63,858 nt of DNA, filler included, from Octopus bimaculoides (GCF_001194135.2; 6 parts of 6 records of this genome joined end to end with filler, not necessarily neighbours in it); one strand, 5' to 3'. Numbered from the whole stretch's first letter, positions 39,070-52,782 are shown. The notes: a model not told the origin generated them from the letters alone. A program made the numbers and translations.

Positions 39070-40150
39070 CTATTTTTTTTTATCCAGAAGGATTCAGGGG
39101 ACAGAGGAACGGTCGAGGCACACCGACAGAGGGTCGTTGTTGGAACTGAAGAGATTGAGCGTTCGAGCTTGCGCTACTTTCCATCAGATTGGAAGCACCA
39201 AAGGAAAAGGACAACATCTCCTGAAAGAAGTCCACCCAGGAAGAGAGAGTGAGAAGAGCAAGCGAGATGGTGGGACTGAGCCTACAAGGAATCTGGACAA
39301 GATGGGTCAATATGCACCAGCAGACCATCACTTGGTTGGATCTCTGACATCAGATTTCTCATCCCAGTTGCAACTTCCTGTCCCTTGTGTACTGATAAAA
39401 GGCCCCTTTCAGCATCTCCTCTACAGCTGCTGACTGCTACTGCTGGTGACAGGGTCGGGCACTCAAGTTGTTTGCGGAGGTGATATCAATAGTCCAGTAA
39501 ACGCCAACCCAGGAAAGAAGCCATAACTTTTTTCAGGGCCAGACAGAAGTCCAGTCCGTTGAAATGTCGATGACCATCATGCTTACTTGCCACAGCTCCA
39601 GACTGGCAACTGAGAATGGTTCTCGTGCAACAGTTACAGTTTTCAAATCACATCATACCAACAAAACTCCGCGCACACATAGTGATTTTCTCAAATTCCA
39701 CCAAACAGGCAATCACGTGGGAACTGTGTCCACGGAAGTATATACGGAGGATGCTTGTGAAAGGAATGGGGGATGCTCGTGAAAAATATATATAGAGGAT
39801 GCTCGTGAAAAGAATGGAGGATGCTCGTGAAAAATATATACGGAGGATGCTCGTGAAAGGAGCTGTTAATGAAGTGTGGGGCTAGGGGGAACATTGCGAT
39901 GCAACTGAAGTGGGTTGCTGACGTTACTATGACATTAATTTTGCACAGCTCAGACTGGATTGGAGTTAGGAGGTGTAGTAAAGAGGAGGGCCATAATTTC
40001 CATCACTGAAGGTGCAGGGGTCACCAGACGGCTTTGAATTAAGAAGGCAGGTCGTTGGTTTGCTGCAATTGGGAGACAAGCGTGCACTTGACTAAACCTG
40101 GCTGGGTCACCATGTCTGGGGGTTAAAGAACACGAATTTTGTGAGACCCC
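39070..40150 (+). pseudogene. Hero-clade (R2-superfamily) non-LTR retrotransposon 3' relic
   Basis: EERVRRASEMVGLSLQGIWTRWVNMHQQTITWLDL, PCPLC, LLATAPDWQLRMVL and LGGVVKRRAIISITEG..RL*IKKAGRW match my recollection of Hero C-terminal motifs. Confidence 0.7.
39745..39862 (+). repeat. Minisatellite, core ggatgctcgtgaaa, alternating 22-26 bp units x5
   Basis: Directly visible inside the Hero relic. Confidence 0.85.
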
Positions 40151-40249
40151 TACAAACATTCACTAATGATGCATCCGAGAGCATCCATGCAATATGTTTT
40201 GGAACTTTACACACGTACACACACGCACATCTATATATATATGTATGTA

Positions 40250-40284
<35 letters not shown>

Positions 40285-40305
40285 TATAGATATATATGTA
40301 ATATA

Positions 40306-40357
<52 letters not shown>

Positions 40358-42799
40358 CAGTATGTATTTAATGAAAACATGCAAAAATATACGGGATTAT
40401 CCATACCTACAATTACTCAAACGTACGTTATCACATTCACTCAAACACCACAAACTCACACACACATACACACACACACATATACAAACACGCATACATG
40501 CATGTGGATACAAACAAAATGCTCTATAAGCGTAGACTTGTGCATATATCACATGTAAGTATACGTACGTATGCATATATATATATATCCTTGTATATCT
40601 GTATATATATATATANNNNNNNNNNNNNNNNNNNNNNNNNNNNNNNNNNNNNNNNNNNNNNNNNNNNNNNNNNNNNNNNNNNNNNNNNNNNNNNNNNNNN
40701 NNNNNNNNNNNNNNNNNNNNNNNNNNNNNNNNNNNNNNNNNNNNNNNNNNNNNNNNNNNNNNNNNNNNNNNNNNNNNNNNNNNNNNNNNNNNNNNNNNNN
40801 NNNNNNNNNNNNNNNNNNNNNNNNNNNNNNNNNNNNNNNNNNNNNNNNNNNNNNNNNNNNNNNNNNNNNNNNNNNNNNNNNNNNNNNNNNNNNNNNNNNN
40901 NNNNNNNNNNNNNNNNNNNNNNNNNNNNNNNNNNNNNNNNNNNNNNNNNNNNNNNNNNNNNNNNNNNNNNNNNNNNNNNNNNNNNNNNNNNNNNNNNNNN
41001 NNNNNNNNNNNTATATATATATATACACACATATATATATATATATAATCGTATATATGTGTATGTATGCAATGATCCGTATGTACAAACACAAACACAC
41101 ACATGTACATACGTACATACACACATACATATGCATACACATATGGATGTGCATACATACATACACACACACATAGTAGAGACCCTTTGATGTGTTCCTT
41201 TTTAGCAGAAATTGTTTAACCTCTTCATAGCCGTATCCCTGGCAATTGAATGGGAAAAAAAAAGGAGCGCAACCGAAATGGAAATATATATACACACACA
41301 CGCATGTGTGTGTCTGTGTCTGTGTGCGTGTGTGTGTATCATACAGGAATATCAAACAAATTATTTCATACGATACAAAACTATGTGTGCCGTGTGATAA
41401 TAGATTTACCACACAGCAGGCAGAGAACCTTGTGAAGAGTTATTGTATTGCTATCACCCAAATCAGATTCTGATCTCTCTCAGCAGAGAACTTCTAACTC
41501 TTTTCTCTAAATACCGGATGAACATTGTATATTTTCATTTCAGCTTGGTTGAATTTATCATAAAGAATATCAGAACGCCGACTTACTTTTGGCGTTCTAT
41601 TCTGCCAAACAACGATTCTTTGTGCTAATATATCAAAACAAAAAAAAACTTCTCAAAACGCAAAAAAAAAAAAATCTATATGTAAAATAGTAAAAAAAAA
41701 ATACTGGTGATTCTTCTCCGAAAAATATCGAGAGCTTAGAATATCTTTTATATTTGGTTCTGTTTGTGTCTGTCTTTTTGGTTTTCGAGGGATTNNNNNN
41801 NNNNNNNNNNNNNNNNNNNNNNNNNNNNNNNNNNNNNNNNNNNNNNNNNNNNNNNNNNNNNNNNNNNNNNNNNNNNNNNNNNNNNNNNNNNNNNNNNNNN
41901 NNNNNNNNNNNNNNNNNNNNNNNNNNNNNNNNNNNNNNNNNNNNNNNNNNNNNNNNNNNNNNNNNNNNNNNNNNNNNNNNNNNNNNNNNNNNNNNNNNNN
42001 NNNNNNNNNNNNNNNNNNNNNNNNNNNNNNNNNNNNNNNNNNNNNNNNNNNNNNNNNNNNNNNNNNNNNNNNNNNNNNNNNTTTTTTTTGTTCTTTTTGC
42101 GTTTGTTTTTTTCTTCTATTATAGTTGTTTATAAGCGAAATTTATATGAGATTTTCAATTTGAAAAAAAAAAAACCTAGGAAGAAATGCAAAAGTCATCG
42201 TTAATGCCGAGGTTAATAACAAGAAACTGAATAAATGAAAATAAAAATATCAAAAAAAAAAAACATCCATATTTCCATTTATCTCATCTTGTTTGTTTTG
42301 GGGCTTTTTTTTTGGTTTTGTTTTTCAGCAGAAAAGTCTTGTATTTCAGAAAAGAAAAAAAAAAGACAAGCGTGATACTAATATTTTTTTTTCCGGGAGC
42401 CTCTTCCGATGTAAAAGAATTCAAACGGCTTCGAGAGAAAATCGAAGCCGCCCCGCGATGTTGGTTTATCACCCGTTTCACACCACACCAATTACTAACC
42501 AATGAGTAACGAAGGACACCTCTACACACTGACTCGATCTGCAACAAATAGTAGCCAAATATCTTTCAAGACATACGTCCATCTTCTTAAAAGGAAAAAT
42601 AACGCATTTGGACAATGCAAACCTGGATAAACAAGATGGATGATCACGTCTGGAACGTCAATGGTCATAAGTTTCTTCAATTAGAGTAACATAGCGGTAG
42701 ACAGCAACAAGGTTGTCGACTTGTAACAGTTTAAAGGAATATTAAGAGCATTAATGTCACCGGCCCAGGACCATGAATGCTGATTTTTCCTTTACATTC

Positions 42800-43130
42800 A
42801 GCTCTGGCACTCCGTCGGTTGCGACGACGAGTGGTCCAGTTGATCCGATCACCGGAACAACAGCTTGCTCGTGAAATTGACATGCAAGTGGCTGAGCACT
42901 CCACAGACACGCGTACCCTTAACGTAGTTCTCGGGGACATTTAACGTGACACAGAATGTGAAAAGGCTGGCTCCTTTTGAATTACATGTACAACTCATTT
43001 TTGGCAGCTGAGTGAATTGGAGCCACGTGAAATAAAGTGTCTTGCTCAAGGACACAACGCGCCTCCAGGTATTGAACTCACGACCTTGCGATCGTGAGCC
43101 AAATACCGTAACCACTAGGTCACGTGCCTT
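42800..43130 (-). mobile_element. SINE family C, long variant
   Basis: tRNA-like head, central domain and 3' ggagtgctcagccacttgca..cgacggagtgcc; homologous to 54140 and 57410. Confidence 0.85.
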
Positions 43131-43319
43131 CTGTACATCCGGTAAGTAACGAGAAAATAGCATTAACTGGATATGTATGGAGGATGGAGAGGATTAGTTG
43201 GTTGGGGTAATCCTCAGTGTATTACTGGTACATGAAGTTTTGGTTCAGAAAACTAAAGCCTACTTCAGCGGGATTTGATCTCAAAACATGTTAGTAGAGA
43301 CCTTAACCCAACTACTCAA

Positions 43320-43470
43320 CTAATACTGTATTTTATCAACCCTAGAGGGATGGAAAGCAAAGTTGACCTCAGTGAGATTTGAACTTAGAACGTAAAGGGA
43401 TGAAAGAAATACTGTAGTTATGCTCTTCGCTACTATAGCGATTCAACCAATCTCCCGCCCTTAATCAAAA
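43320..43470 (-). mobile_element. SINE family B, diverged
   Basis: ggatggaaagcaaagttgacctcagtgagatttgaacttagaacg. Confidence 0.65.
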
Positions 43471-43842
43471 CTCTGTTGAGTAATGATTGATATAAATGTT
43501 GGTTGCTTGCTTGCTTTCTACAGTCACACTTTACATTATTTATAGAGAGGGAAAGAGACAGTAGAATGGAGATACAGAGAGGGTTGACAGAAATGTAGGA
43601 TGGGTACACATACTAGGCCTGGTGGCGAGCAATGAGTAAAAGATCTCTTCACACGCTCACAGTGAGAGAGAAAGAATCAGAGAGAAAGTGTGTGAGGTAT
43701 GGAAGCAGAGAAGAGGGAGCGAGTAACAAGAATAGTTATGAAAGGTGTTATATAAATGAGAAGCTGGTTTTAGTTGATGCAGTTCTATATTTAAGAGATG
43801 AGGAATTATGTACATTATTTACATTATTTACATTTGACATAT

Positions 43843-43907
43843 GGCGTAGTGGTTAAGAGCGCGGGCTACTAACCCCAAGATTCCGAGTTCGATTCCAGGC
43901 AGTCACA

Positions 43908-43978
<71 letters not shown>
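43843..43978 (+). mobile_element. SINE family D: tRNA-derived head + (AAT)n
   Basis: ggcgtagtggttaagagcgcgggctactaacccc..gagttcgattcc (A box, CT-ACT-AA loop, B box); no tRNA acceptor stem. Confidence 0.75.
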
Positions 43979-43980
<2 letters not shown>

Positions 43981-44383
43981 TACCTAGGAATAAATGAAGG
44001 TTAGGAAGGAATGTTATAGAAGAGTTCGAGCAGTCCTGAAGTCTGAGCTGAATGCATATAATAAGGTGTTAGCCATAAATTCCTTAGCAGTCCCAGTTGT
44101 TCTTTATAGCTTCAATGTGCTTAACTGGAATACCAGTGAAATAGTCAAAAGTGATAGAAAAATCCGCAAGCTACTGACTTGTAATAAGATGCACCATCCA
44201 AAGGCAGACGTGGATCGTCTTTACCTCCCCAGAGCTCAGGGAGATCGAGGCTTGATCCAGCTTGAACTTACGTACAAAACCACCACAATCGGACTGGCCA
44301 AATACCTTGAAACAACCAACGAATGGATGCTGAAACTTGTTGAAAAACATGAAAGACCGAAAAGACTTCACTCTATTCTGAAA
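43981..44383 (+). pseudogene. R4/Dong-clade retrotransposon RT C-terminal region, 5'-truncated
   Basis: YLGINEG then an open frame KVRKECYRRVRAVLKSELNAYNKVLAINSLAVPV..HHPKADVDRLYLPRAQGDRGLIQLE; runs into a gap. Confidence 0.85.
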
Positions 44384-44485
44384 NNNNNNNNNNNNNNNNN
44401 NNNNNNNNNNNNNNNNNNNNNNNNNNNTTAATTAATTAANNNNNNNNNNNNNNNNNNNNNNNNNNNNNNNNNNNNNNNNNNNNCA

Positions 44486-44833
44486 TGTAAAGATTCCCAT
44501 TTAGTGTACGCTGCAGAATGCATGAAACACAACTTGATTTATGTTGGTTGTACAACAGAACAATTAAACAAAAGGTTTAATGGGCACAGATTCGACATCA
44601 GGCACAATAACAGTAGTTCCATAGAACTTGCTGAACATTTCGTTTCAAGCGGCTGCAGTTTTGAAGAAGACTTGAAAGTGCATATTCTCAAAAAATATTT
44701 TGAATCTACCCCACTTTCACTTCTCAGAATGTATGAGGAGAAATATGTTTGCAGGTTATTAACATCACGCCCTGGAGGAATGAATAAGATGACAGGAGAA
44801 TATCATAAAATTTATACAAAACTGTTTGATTGA
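44486..44833 (+). CDS. Penelope-like element GIY-YIG endonuclease domain (3' end of ORF; 5' lost in gap)
   Basis: Uninterrupted CKDSHLVYAAECMKHNLIYVGCTTEQLNKRFNGHR..LAEHF..EEKYVCRLLTSRPGGMN; VY..C..YVG.T..R..H and E/N motifs. Confidence 0.85.
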   Translation, partial: CKDSHLVYAAECMKHNLIYVGCTTEQLNKRFNGHRFDIRHNNSSSIELAEHFVSSGCSFEEDLKVHILKKYFESTPLSLLRMYEEKYVCRLLTSRPGGMNKMTGEYHKIYTKLFD

Positions 44834-45086
44834 ATATTCTTCTTTCTCTCATTTTCTTTCCTTTTATTTCTGTCGTCTTCTTTTTTCTGTTTTTTTCTGT
44901 CTTTTTCTTTTCGCCAGCTATAAAATTGTAACTGATGATGTCATTCCATCAACGTGTGGACGCTGGTTGCTCTCGTTCATAATTTACGTTTAAATTTCTA
45001 TAATTTTGAATTTTTATCACTTCTTATTTTGAACTTGACAAAGACAGACGTACTGTTGAAATATCGTTCAGCTAATAAAATATCTA

Positions 45087-45170
<84 letters not shown>

Positions 45171-45206
45171 TATTATTATTATTATCCAGATTCGAAATTT
45201 CCCGAA

Positions 45207-45252
45207 GACACCTGATGAAGGCTGGAAGATATATCAGCCGAAACGTTGTGTT
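45207..45252 (+). ncRNA. Minimal type I hammerhead ribozyme
   Basis: GACAC / CUGAUGA A / GGCUG-10nt-CAGCC / GAAAC GUU / GUGUU; ACGU palindromic stem III. Confidence 0.75.
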
Positions 45253-45448
45253 AACAACAAGCAAGATGAGGACAAATATGCGTCAAATGTAAATAATGTA
45301 AAAAATATTATGAATTCTCATTTGAGGATGTAACTGACTTTTTGGAGGAAGAAGTTTTTTCTTTCTAGTGTGTGAGAGCTTTCGTCAAAGCTTATATATA
45401 TATATATATGTGTGTGTGGTGTGTTTTCGCGCATGTATGTGTGTACAC

Positions 45449-45507
<59 letters not shown>

Positions 45508-45601
45508 NNNNNNNNNNNNNNNNNNNNNNNNNNNNNNNNNNNNNNNNNNNNNNNNNNNNNNNNNNNNNNNNNNNNNNNNNNNNNNNNNNNNNNNNNNNNN
45601 N

Positions 45602-45690
45602 GAGAATATCATAAGATTTATACAAAACTGTTTGATTGAATATTCTTATACATATCATAAGATTTATACAAAACTGTTTGATTGAATATA
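45602..45690 (+). repeat. Two tandem copies of the PLE ORF terminus
   Basis: (a/c)atatcataagatttatacaaaactgtttgattgaata x2, near-identical to ~44797-44837. Confidence 0.85.
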
Positions 45691-45888
45691 CTTATACATA
45701 TGCTGTGTGTGAAATTAGCGTGATGGTCTTAAGATGCCACTTTAGCGAAAAGGCAATATGAGGAAGTTGTAGAAGTTATTTTCGCTAAGCTACACTTAAA
45801 TGTCTCACAATTTACATTCCTGTTGTGAGCTCTGTTGTTGTTGTTCCGTGGTTGTTTTGTTGTTATATTTTGCCAGTTTTGAATGTTC

Positions 45889-45889
<1 letters not shown>

Positions 45890-45948
<59 letters not shown>

Positions 45949-46163
45949 TGTTATCACAATCATCATCACCATCCTCATCGTTTTGATGATGATCATGAGC
46001 ATCATATTCAATCTTCGTCCTCATTAACATCATCATCGTTACCATAATCAACTTCATTAACATCATCATGATCATCACAGTCATCATCACCATCATAAGT
46101 GTCAGCCTCTCCATCGCCATCACCATCGTCATCATCATCATCATCATCACCACCATCATCATC

Positions 46164-46226
<63 letters not shown>

Positions 46227-46500
46227 GCCATCATTATTACTATGTATATGCTGCTCCTTTTCCTCCTCCTCCACCTCATCTCCATCCGCATCACTATCTA
46301 CATGCTCCTCATCATCATCATTCTCCAGTTCAACATTCCTGCAAATTTTTGTTTCTTCATACAACGGTTCTATATTGTTTTCAGAAGTACCAGTTTCCTT
46401 ATAATCACCATCATCATCATTGTCATCATCATCATTGTCATCATCATCATAATTATCCTCGTCATCTTTATCATCATCATCATCATCATCATCATCATCG

Positions 46501-46549
<49 letters not shown>

Positions 46550-46599
46550 TATTTTTCTTCTTCTTCTTCTTCTTCTTCTTATCATTATTATTATTATTA

Positions 46600-46643
<44 letters not shown>

Positions 46644-46650
46644 TCTTATT
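45890..46650. repeat. (CAT)n/(CTT)n/(ATT)n compound field
   Basis: Directly visible. Confidence 0.9.
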
Positions 46651-47279
46651 ATCCTTTTCATTTTCATCACTGACATCGCCTTCTTCAGCTCCATCTACAT
46701 TTTAAACATGAATCTTTTGCGCAAAAATTATCAAAATTAATTAGCTNNNNNNNNNNNNNNNNNNNNNNNNNNNNNNNNNNNNNNNNNNNNNNNNNNNNNN
46801 NNNNNNNNNNNNNNNNNNNNNNNNNNNNNNNNNNNNNNNNNNNNNNNNNNNNNNNNNNNNNNNNNNNNNNNNNNNNNNNNNNNNNNNNNNNNNNNNNNNN
46901 NNNNNNNNNNNNNNNNNNNNNNNNNNNNNNNNNNNNNNNNNNNNNNNNNNNNNNNNNNNNNNNNNNNNNNNNNNNNNNNNNNNNNNNNNNNNNNNNNNNN
47001 NNNNNNNNNNNNNNNNNNNNNNNNNNNNNNNNNNNNNNNNNNNNNNNATATATATACATATAATGTGTATGTGTGTGTATGTGTATACACACACACAGAT
47101 GTAAGTTGTATAAATGTATATGGTTCATGTCTAATTGTTTAAAATATTTTTCTCCTCTGATCTGTTCTGTAATTCAACGTTCTAATTAATTTGTCAGCAT
47201 TTATAATAATTTGTTTGTTACGATTGGTTACTTATTGATGTCTGTTTTTTTTTAGTTTTATTCCCAATATTATATTTAT

Positions 47280-47297
47280 AATGTTATTACTTTTACA

Positions 47298-47354
<57 letters not shown>

Positions 47355-47355
47355 G

Positions 47356-47403
<48 letters not shown>

Positions 47404-47428
47404 TTATTATTATTATTATTATTATTAA

Positions 47429-47473
<45 letters not shown>

Positions 47474-48021
47474 GTTACTATAGTCGGTGTTGTTATCATA
47501 TTACTATTGTTATTATTATCATTATTATGGTTTTTATTATTATATTAGCGTTATTATTACTATCATCATGATCATTGTTATTCTTATATTAATGTTTTTA
47601 TTGTAAATATAAGCATAGTTGTTTTTAGTAGTATTATTGTTTTATGATTTCTATTTCACTTCTTCTTACTATGATTATTATAATTGTTACTGTTGTTATT
47701 GTTGTTGTTCGCGTTTTCTCGTGCGTTTCTTTTAGATGTTTTATTATTGTTCTCGTCTTAAATTTGTTATTTCGCGAACTTGAATAAGATTTCAGGATCT
47801 TCAAGGTGAAATATTAGATATTATTAATTAGAAAATATATTGTTAATTACCAAATAAGGTCCGATTGCAACCGTGAAGAAGAAGAAGAAGAAGAAGAAGA
47901 AGAAGAAGAAGAAGAAGAAGAAGAAGAAGAAGAAGAAGAAGAAGAAGAAGAAGAAGAAGAAGAAGAAGAAGAAGAAGAAGAAGAAGAAGAAGAAGAAGAA
48001 GAAGAAGAAGAAGAAGAAGAA
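47280..48021. repeat. (ATT)n/(CTT)n field and a pure (GAA)n tract 47875-48021
   Basis: Directly visible. Confidence 0.9.
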
Positions 48022-48358
48022 GATAGCTTGGGAAGTACATAGGTTGTAGAAAAAGTAGAAAAGCGCAAACAAAGAATTAAGAATTTGAAATCATTGCTTT
48101 GATTGATTCTAGTTGTAATTGGTTCTCATTTTTGATAGTGTCGTTGTTGTTATTGTTGTTTTGACCCAGGTCAACCAGGATCTACTTTACCTGCGATCAA
48201 AAGTATTCCAGCCAGCCACAATAATCACTTCAATGTATGTATATCTAAGATCACATTATTTAATGTGCTATTTGTGGGGAATCATTGCATAGTAACTTGG
48301 CTGTTACTTCTAGCTGATCGAATTCGTTTTGCTGCCGTTACTTTTGTTGTTGAACGCC

Positions 48359-49178
48359 GTGCATTTCAGAAGTTTTCAGACTCTTTCTTTTAGGTGTGGG
48401 GCAGTTACAACTGTCCTAGGTTATCGTAATTTTAGTATATCATTACTATACGTCTAATAAGCTGACCTGCCAACATTTGTTATTCCAGATTGAAGGAGAT
48501 GGATGTAACATCACGTTGATAACGCCTTACTCAACACTGATGTCACAGTTGGCTACTCTGCAGAAAGCAGTGCGGGCGCGAAGAGAAATTGGAAGCTCAC
48601 TATGCAATGAGCTTTTGCGTCAAACTGGGCAAAAATGCTACAGGCTTCTTATGAGCCGAGCATATTTTTCGCTGGCTTAAAAGTCCAGGTAAAGCAAGTC
48701 CGGCGGAAAGCTGATGATGATTTTTTTTTCGACCGCAAGGGCCTCATCTACATCCAATGGGTTCCCTCTTGCCAGATGGTCAACAAAGAGTAATTTGGAG
48801 AGGTTTAGAGGGAGTTCAGGAAACGATTTCGTCGTGAAAAGGCCAGCGCACCAGCACCATAACAATGCACCACCCCACAGTTCCCTCCTGGTAACCAACT
48901 ACAGGACAGAGATAAGTAGTAAAACTGTCCCTCACCCTCCTAACCCTCGAGACCTTATTTGCCTATGACTTTTGCTTGTTTCCCAACTTGGAGTACATGA
49001 AAGCGGCTGTGACTAGGGTTCTGGACACCTTCATTTTGGCAGAACTTCATGTGACCCTCACGAAATGGAGCGCTAAAACAAGTGCATTCAAGTCAGCGGA
49101 TGCTACTTTGAAGGAGATTAGAGCTTTGTATTTCTCTGAAATATCTCCTGAAAAAGTCTGAAAACTTCTGGAATACAC
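48359..49178 (+). mobile_element. Internally deleted mariner element with 29-bp TIRs
   Basis: TIRs 48359-48387 and 49150-49178 match at 26/29. Transposase relics HYAMSFCVKLGKNAT, FFDRKGLIYIQWVP, HHNNAPPH and HPPNPRDL..YDFCLFP (cf. HDNAPPH, YSPDLAPCDF.LFP). Confidence 0.85.
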
Positions 49179-50269
49179 CTGATAATTGTTGTTGTTTTGA
49201 GCAGATCAAACAGAATCTACTTGACCTCTGATCAAAAATATTCCAGCCAACCGAGACCTTCGCGCCAATGTAAGTATATATATAAGATTATATTATCTAA
49301 TGTGCTCTTGGTAGGTTGCAATTTGAGGGTAATTTGGCTGTTATATGCAGCAGATCAAGCGACTGGGTAGACGACTCAACATTTGTATCAGCGGAGTCTA
49401 CAATAGTAGGGAGATTATGTCGTTGTTTCTAGCCTGCCGAACTGGTTATTGCTACGGTTGCTTTCATTTTTCCTGTAGCAGTAGTTGTTGTTGCTACTGT
49501 TGTTGTTGTTTTTTTTTAATAATTGATCCACGATAAAGTAGCTTCATGATAGAAGACTCTCCAACTGTGAACGTAACGTTGATCTTAATACTTTCTTTTC
49601 TACAAGATGATAGAGTATGGTTCAAGGATTATTTGGTTGTTACATCTAACTAATCTAACGAGCTGTTCGTAGGCAGACGTAGACCTTTCTCTGTGTCGAG
49701 GTCGAATTTCCTGTTTCCTATCCAGGGCAGGTGCTCAACATTTCCAGTGGTTATTTTTTGAATGCATCTCTGCATCGGGCAGCAATAAGCAAATGCAGCG
49801 CACAGAGATTTCTTACTGGTACGTTTAAGGAAATATTACCTTGAGTCTGTTTAGTGGGGCGGCGTGCTTGATGATGATCTATGTCGCATGCGGCCCGCTT
49901 TTCCAAGAAGGCTGAGCATGCCTGGTATAAACCCCTGCAGAGATTCCTAACAAAATCAGTTAACAATAAATAATCAATTTATCAAAGAAACTGAAATACG
50001 AACTACGCATTTAATCTTGTTTTCATCTTGAATCTTGACCAAAACAAAATTGAATCACACGCACACAACCGTTATTAACACAATTACCACAAAATTTCAC
50101 TCAATCAATACAAACAACAAATCAACACAAAACTTTTCGATAACCAAACAGCTTCTGCTAAAAAAAAGAAACCTTTGAAAATAAAAATTAATAAAATACT
50201 ACTACTCATTGAATTTAATAATTAAGTTCCACACAATAGGGATGTAGGTTACGAAACTGGATTTGCAAC

Positions 50270-50850
50270 AACGTGGCTGCAGGTCCAGTTCAAGGGCGCG
50301 GCAACACCTTGGGCAAATGTCTTCTATTATAGCCCAAGGGCCGACCAATACCTTGTGAGTACATCTTGTAGGCTGCTATATATCTTTAATCTTTTACTTG
50401 TTTCAGTCTGAAGCCATATTAGGGTACCGCCTTCAATAATTCCAGTCGAACAAATCGTGCCCAAGACTTATTCTTTTTATCCTTTTAAGCAAAGTACTTA
50501 TTCTATTGATATCGTTTGACGAAGAGCTCAGTTACGGGCACTTAATCAGACCAACATCGGGTTGCCAGGAGTTGATGGAGGACAAACATACACACACACA
50601 CACAAGATTATATATGCATGCACACATTATATATTTATATATACATACGACGGACATTGAAGACATTCGTTGATCAACATTATGTTGATTTGTTTATATC
50701 GCCGTAACATAGCGGTTCGGCAAAAGAGACGGATAGAATAAGTATCAGATTTAAAACTTTAATACTAAGACCGATTCTTTCCACGAAACCCTTCAAAATT
50801 GTGCCCAAGCATGGCCGCAGTTCGATGACTGCGACAAGTAACAAATAAAA
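50270..50850. mobile_element. Three diverged SINE A fragments (+ head, - 3' part, + 3' part)
   Basis: Family A motifs in alternating orientation. Confidence 0.65.
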
Positions 50851-51418
50851 GTTGGTAAGGAAAATAGTCTCGCACCAGGTGCCTCTAAAAGATCTGGATG
50901 GTCACGGTTGAATCTCGATGCTTCGATTGCAATGCATATCATGAAAGGCATTGTTTCATAATCAGATCTGACATGTGACTAAATATTCACATCAACAACA
51001 ACATTAAGATATGCAGGAAATGTAAGAAAACCAACAGGAAGAACAAGGAAAGTAACAAGATGAAGATTATTCACGTAAAAACACTGACAAGTGTCGAAAC
51101 AGCAACGAAACAACAATAACGAAAACAGTAGCAACAATAATAACCAGAGAAAAAACCACTACCAACAACAACAACAATAACTTGAAGAATATTAACAAAA
51201 GCAAAACTGTTGAAACAACAATAACAACAACACAGCAACAACAACAAGAGTAATCAGAGAAAACAACAACGCCAATAATAATCATATCTTCCCAAATTAA
51301 TCAAAAACGTTATTATTGCCAAAGGCCAGAATGGATATTTTAATTACATAACGATAAATTCCTGCACACACAAACGCACACAGACACACGTGTGTGTGTA
51401 TGAGTCTGTTGGTATGTA

Positions 51419-51450
<32 letters not shown>

Positions 51451-52779
51451 AGTGTGATTGTGTGTGTGGGTATGTCTTTCTGTATGTATACGTGCATGCA
51501 TGCTTGTGTATTTATACGTCAATGATATGACTGTCTTAATCTGAAAATTTGGACAATTCAAACTAGAATTAACTTAAATGATCAAATGAGAACCGTGTAT
51601 GGGCATGTGTGTTTGCTCGCTTTTGTGTGTATGCGCATGCACATGTGTGTGTGCGCATGCCCGTGTGTATGTGTGTGTGCTCGCATGTGAGTACGTGTAT
51701 GTGCCTGTGTGTGTGTGTGCGTGCGTGTTTGTGTAAGTTCTCGCATGTGTATGTCTTGCGTGTCTGTGTTTCTCACGTGTGTATATGCGTGTGTACGTGT
51801 GTGTATGTATATGCATAACATAAAACAAACGAATGAATTATCTGGTATTCCCACCATTCCTATCATTAGCAATTTACTTTTTGGATCCAACGCTCTAACC
51901 ACTGAACCATGCTCCTTCACACACAAACACACACACACACACACACACACATACACACACACACACACACANNNNNNNNNNNNNNNNNNNNNNNNNNNNN
52001 NNNNNNNNNNNNNNNTTAATTAATTAANNNNNNNNNNNNNNNNNNNNNNNNNNNNNNNNNNNNNNNNNNNNTGAATCCAAAAGCAAAAATATATATGTCA
52101 CTAAGGCGACTGAGGGCGCTATTCAGCACCGGTATTGCTAGAAATAAGAGTCAAAACAACTGGTAGCCACAATAATCACTGTCTTTTTGACTGACAAGAA
52201 AGGCAACCTTCCTAAGCACCGGGCATTGCTAGATCATCAACGCTCCGTGAAAAAAAAAAAAAAAATTAAGACCAACGTGCAATAACGTGCTCATAACTTT
52301 TATTTGGATTTCGTGACAAGTAATGAGGGAGATTTGGGGCGCGAGGTTGAATCGTGAAGCGGTTGAAAAGAATAAAAAGAACAGGATCCGTTGTCTCTTC
52401 CTCAAAACCCAAAAGGTTGGCGCGGCAAAGGTCATGCAAGCATGGGAAGCCACATCAAAGAACCACCTACGACAACTATGCCACCGCCGCCGCTGACGAC
52501 CATCATCACCGCCACCTTCACAGCGACAACAATAATGGCGATGACGACGACGCCGACAAAACAACAACAACAACAACAACAACAAAATGAACAGTAACAT
52601 GTGTACAAGAACAACGAAACCCACTCTCACAGTAACCAATGCAAATGCTTCAAGACTATTAATAAAATGGTAAAAAAAACAACATCCAGCTACAACAAGA
52701 ATAGGGTCTGCACCATCATCATCATCATGATCAACAACAAAATAGCGAGAGCATGCGCAGAGCAATTTCTGAACCTCAC

Positions 52780-52782
<3 letters not shown>

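Noticed and set aside
39745-39862. Repeat-spacer pattern resembling CRISPR
   Set aside because: 14-bp core with two alternating short spacers in a eukaryotic retrotransposon relic; no cas genes.
43843-43909. Possible tRNA-Ser gene
   Set aside because: No acceptor stem or long variable arm; it has an AAT tail and diverged copies, so it is a SINE head.
44932-44958. CUGAUGA-UG..CA after the PLE ORF
   Set aside because: GAAA and the NUH site are absent; at best a dead hammerhead.
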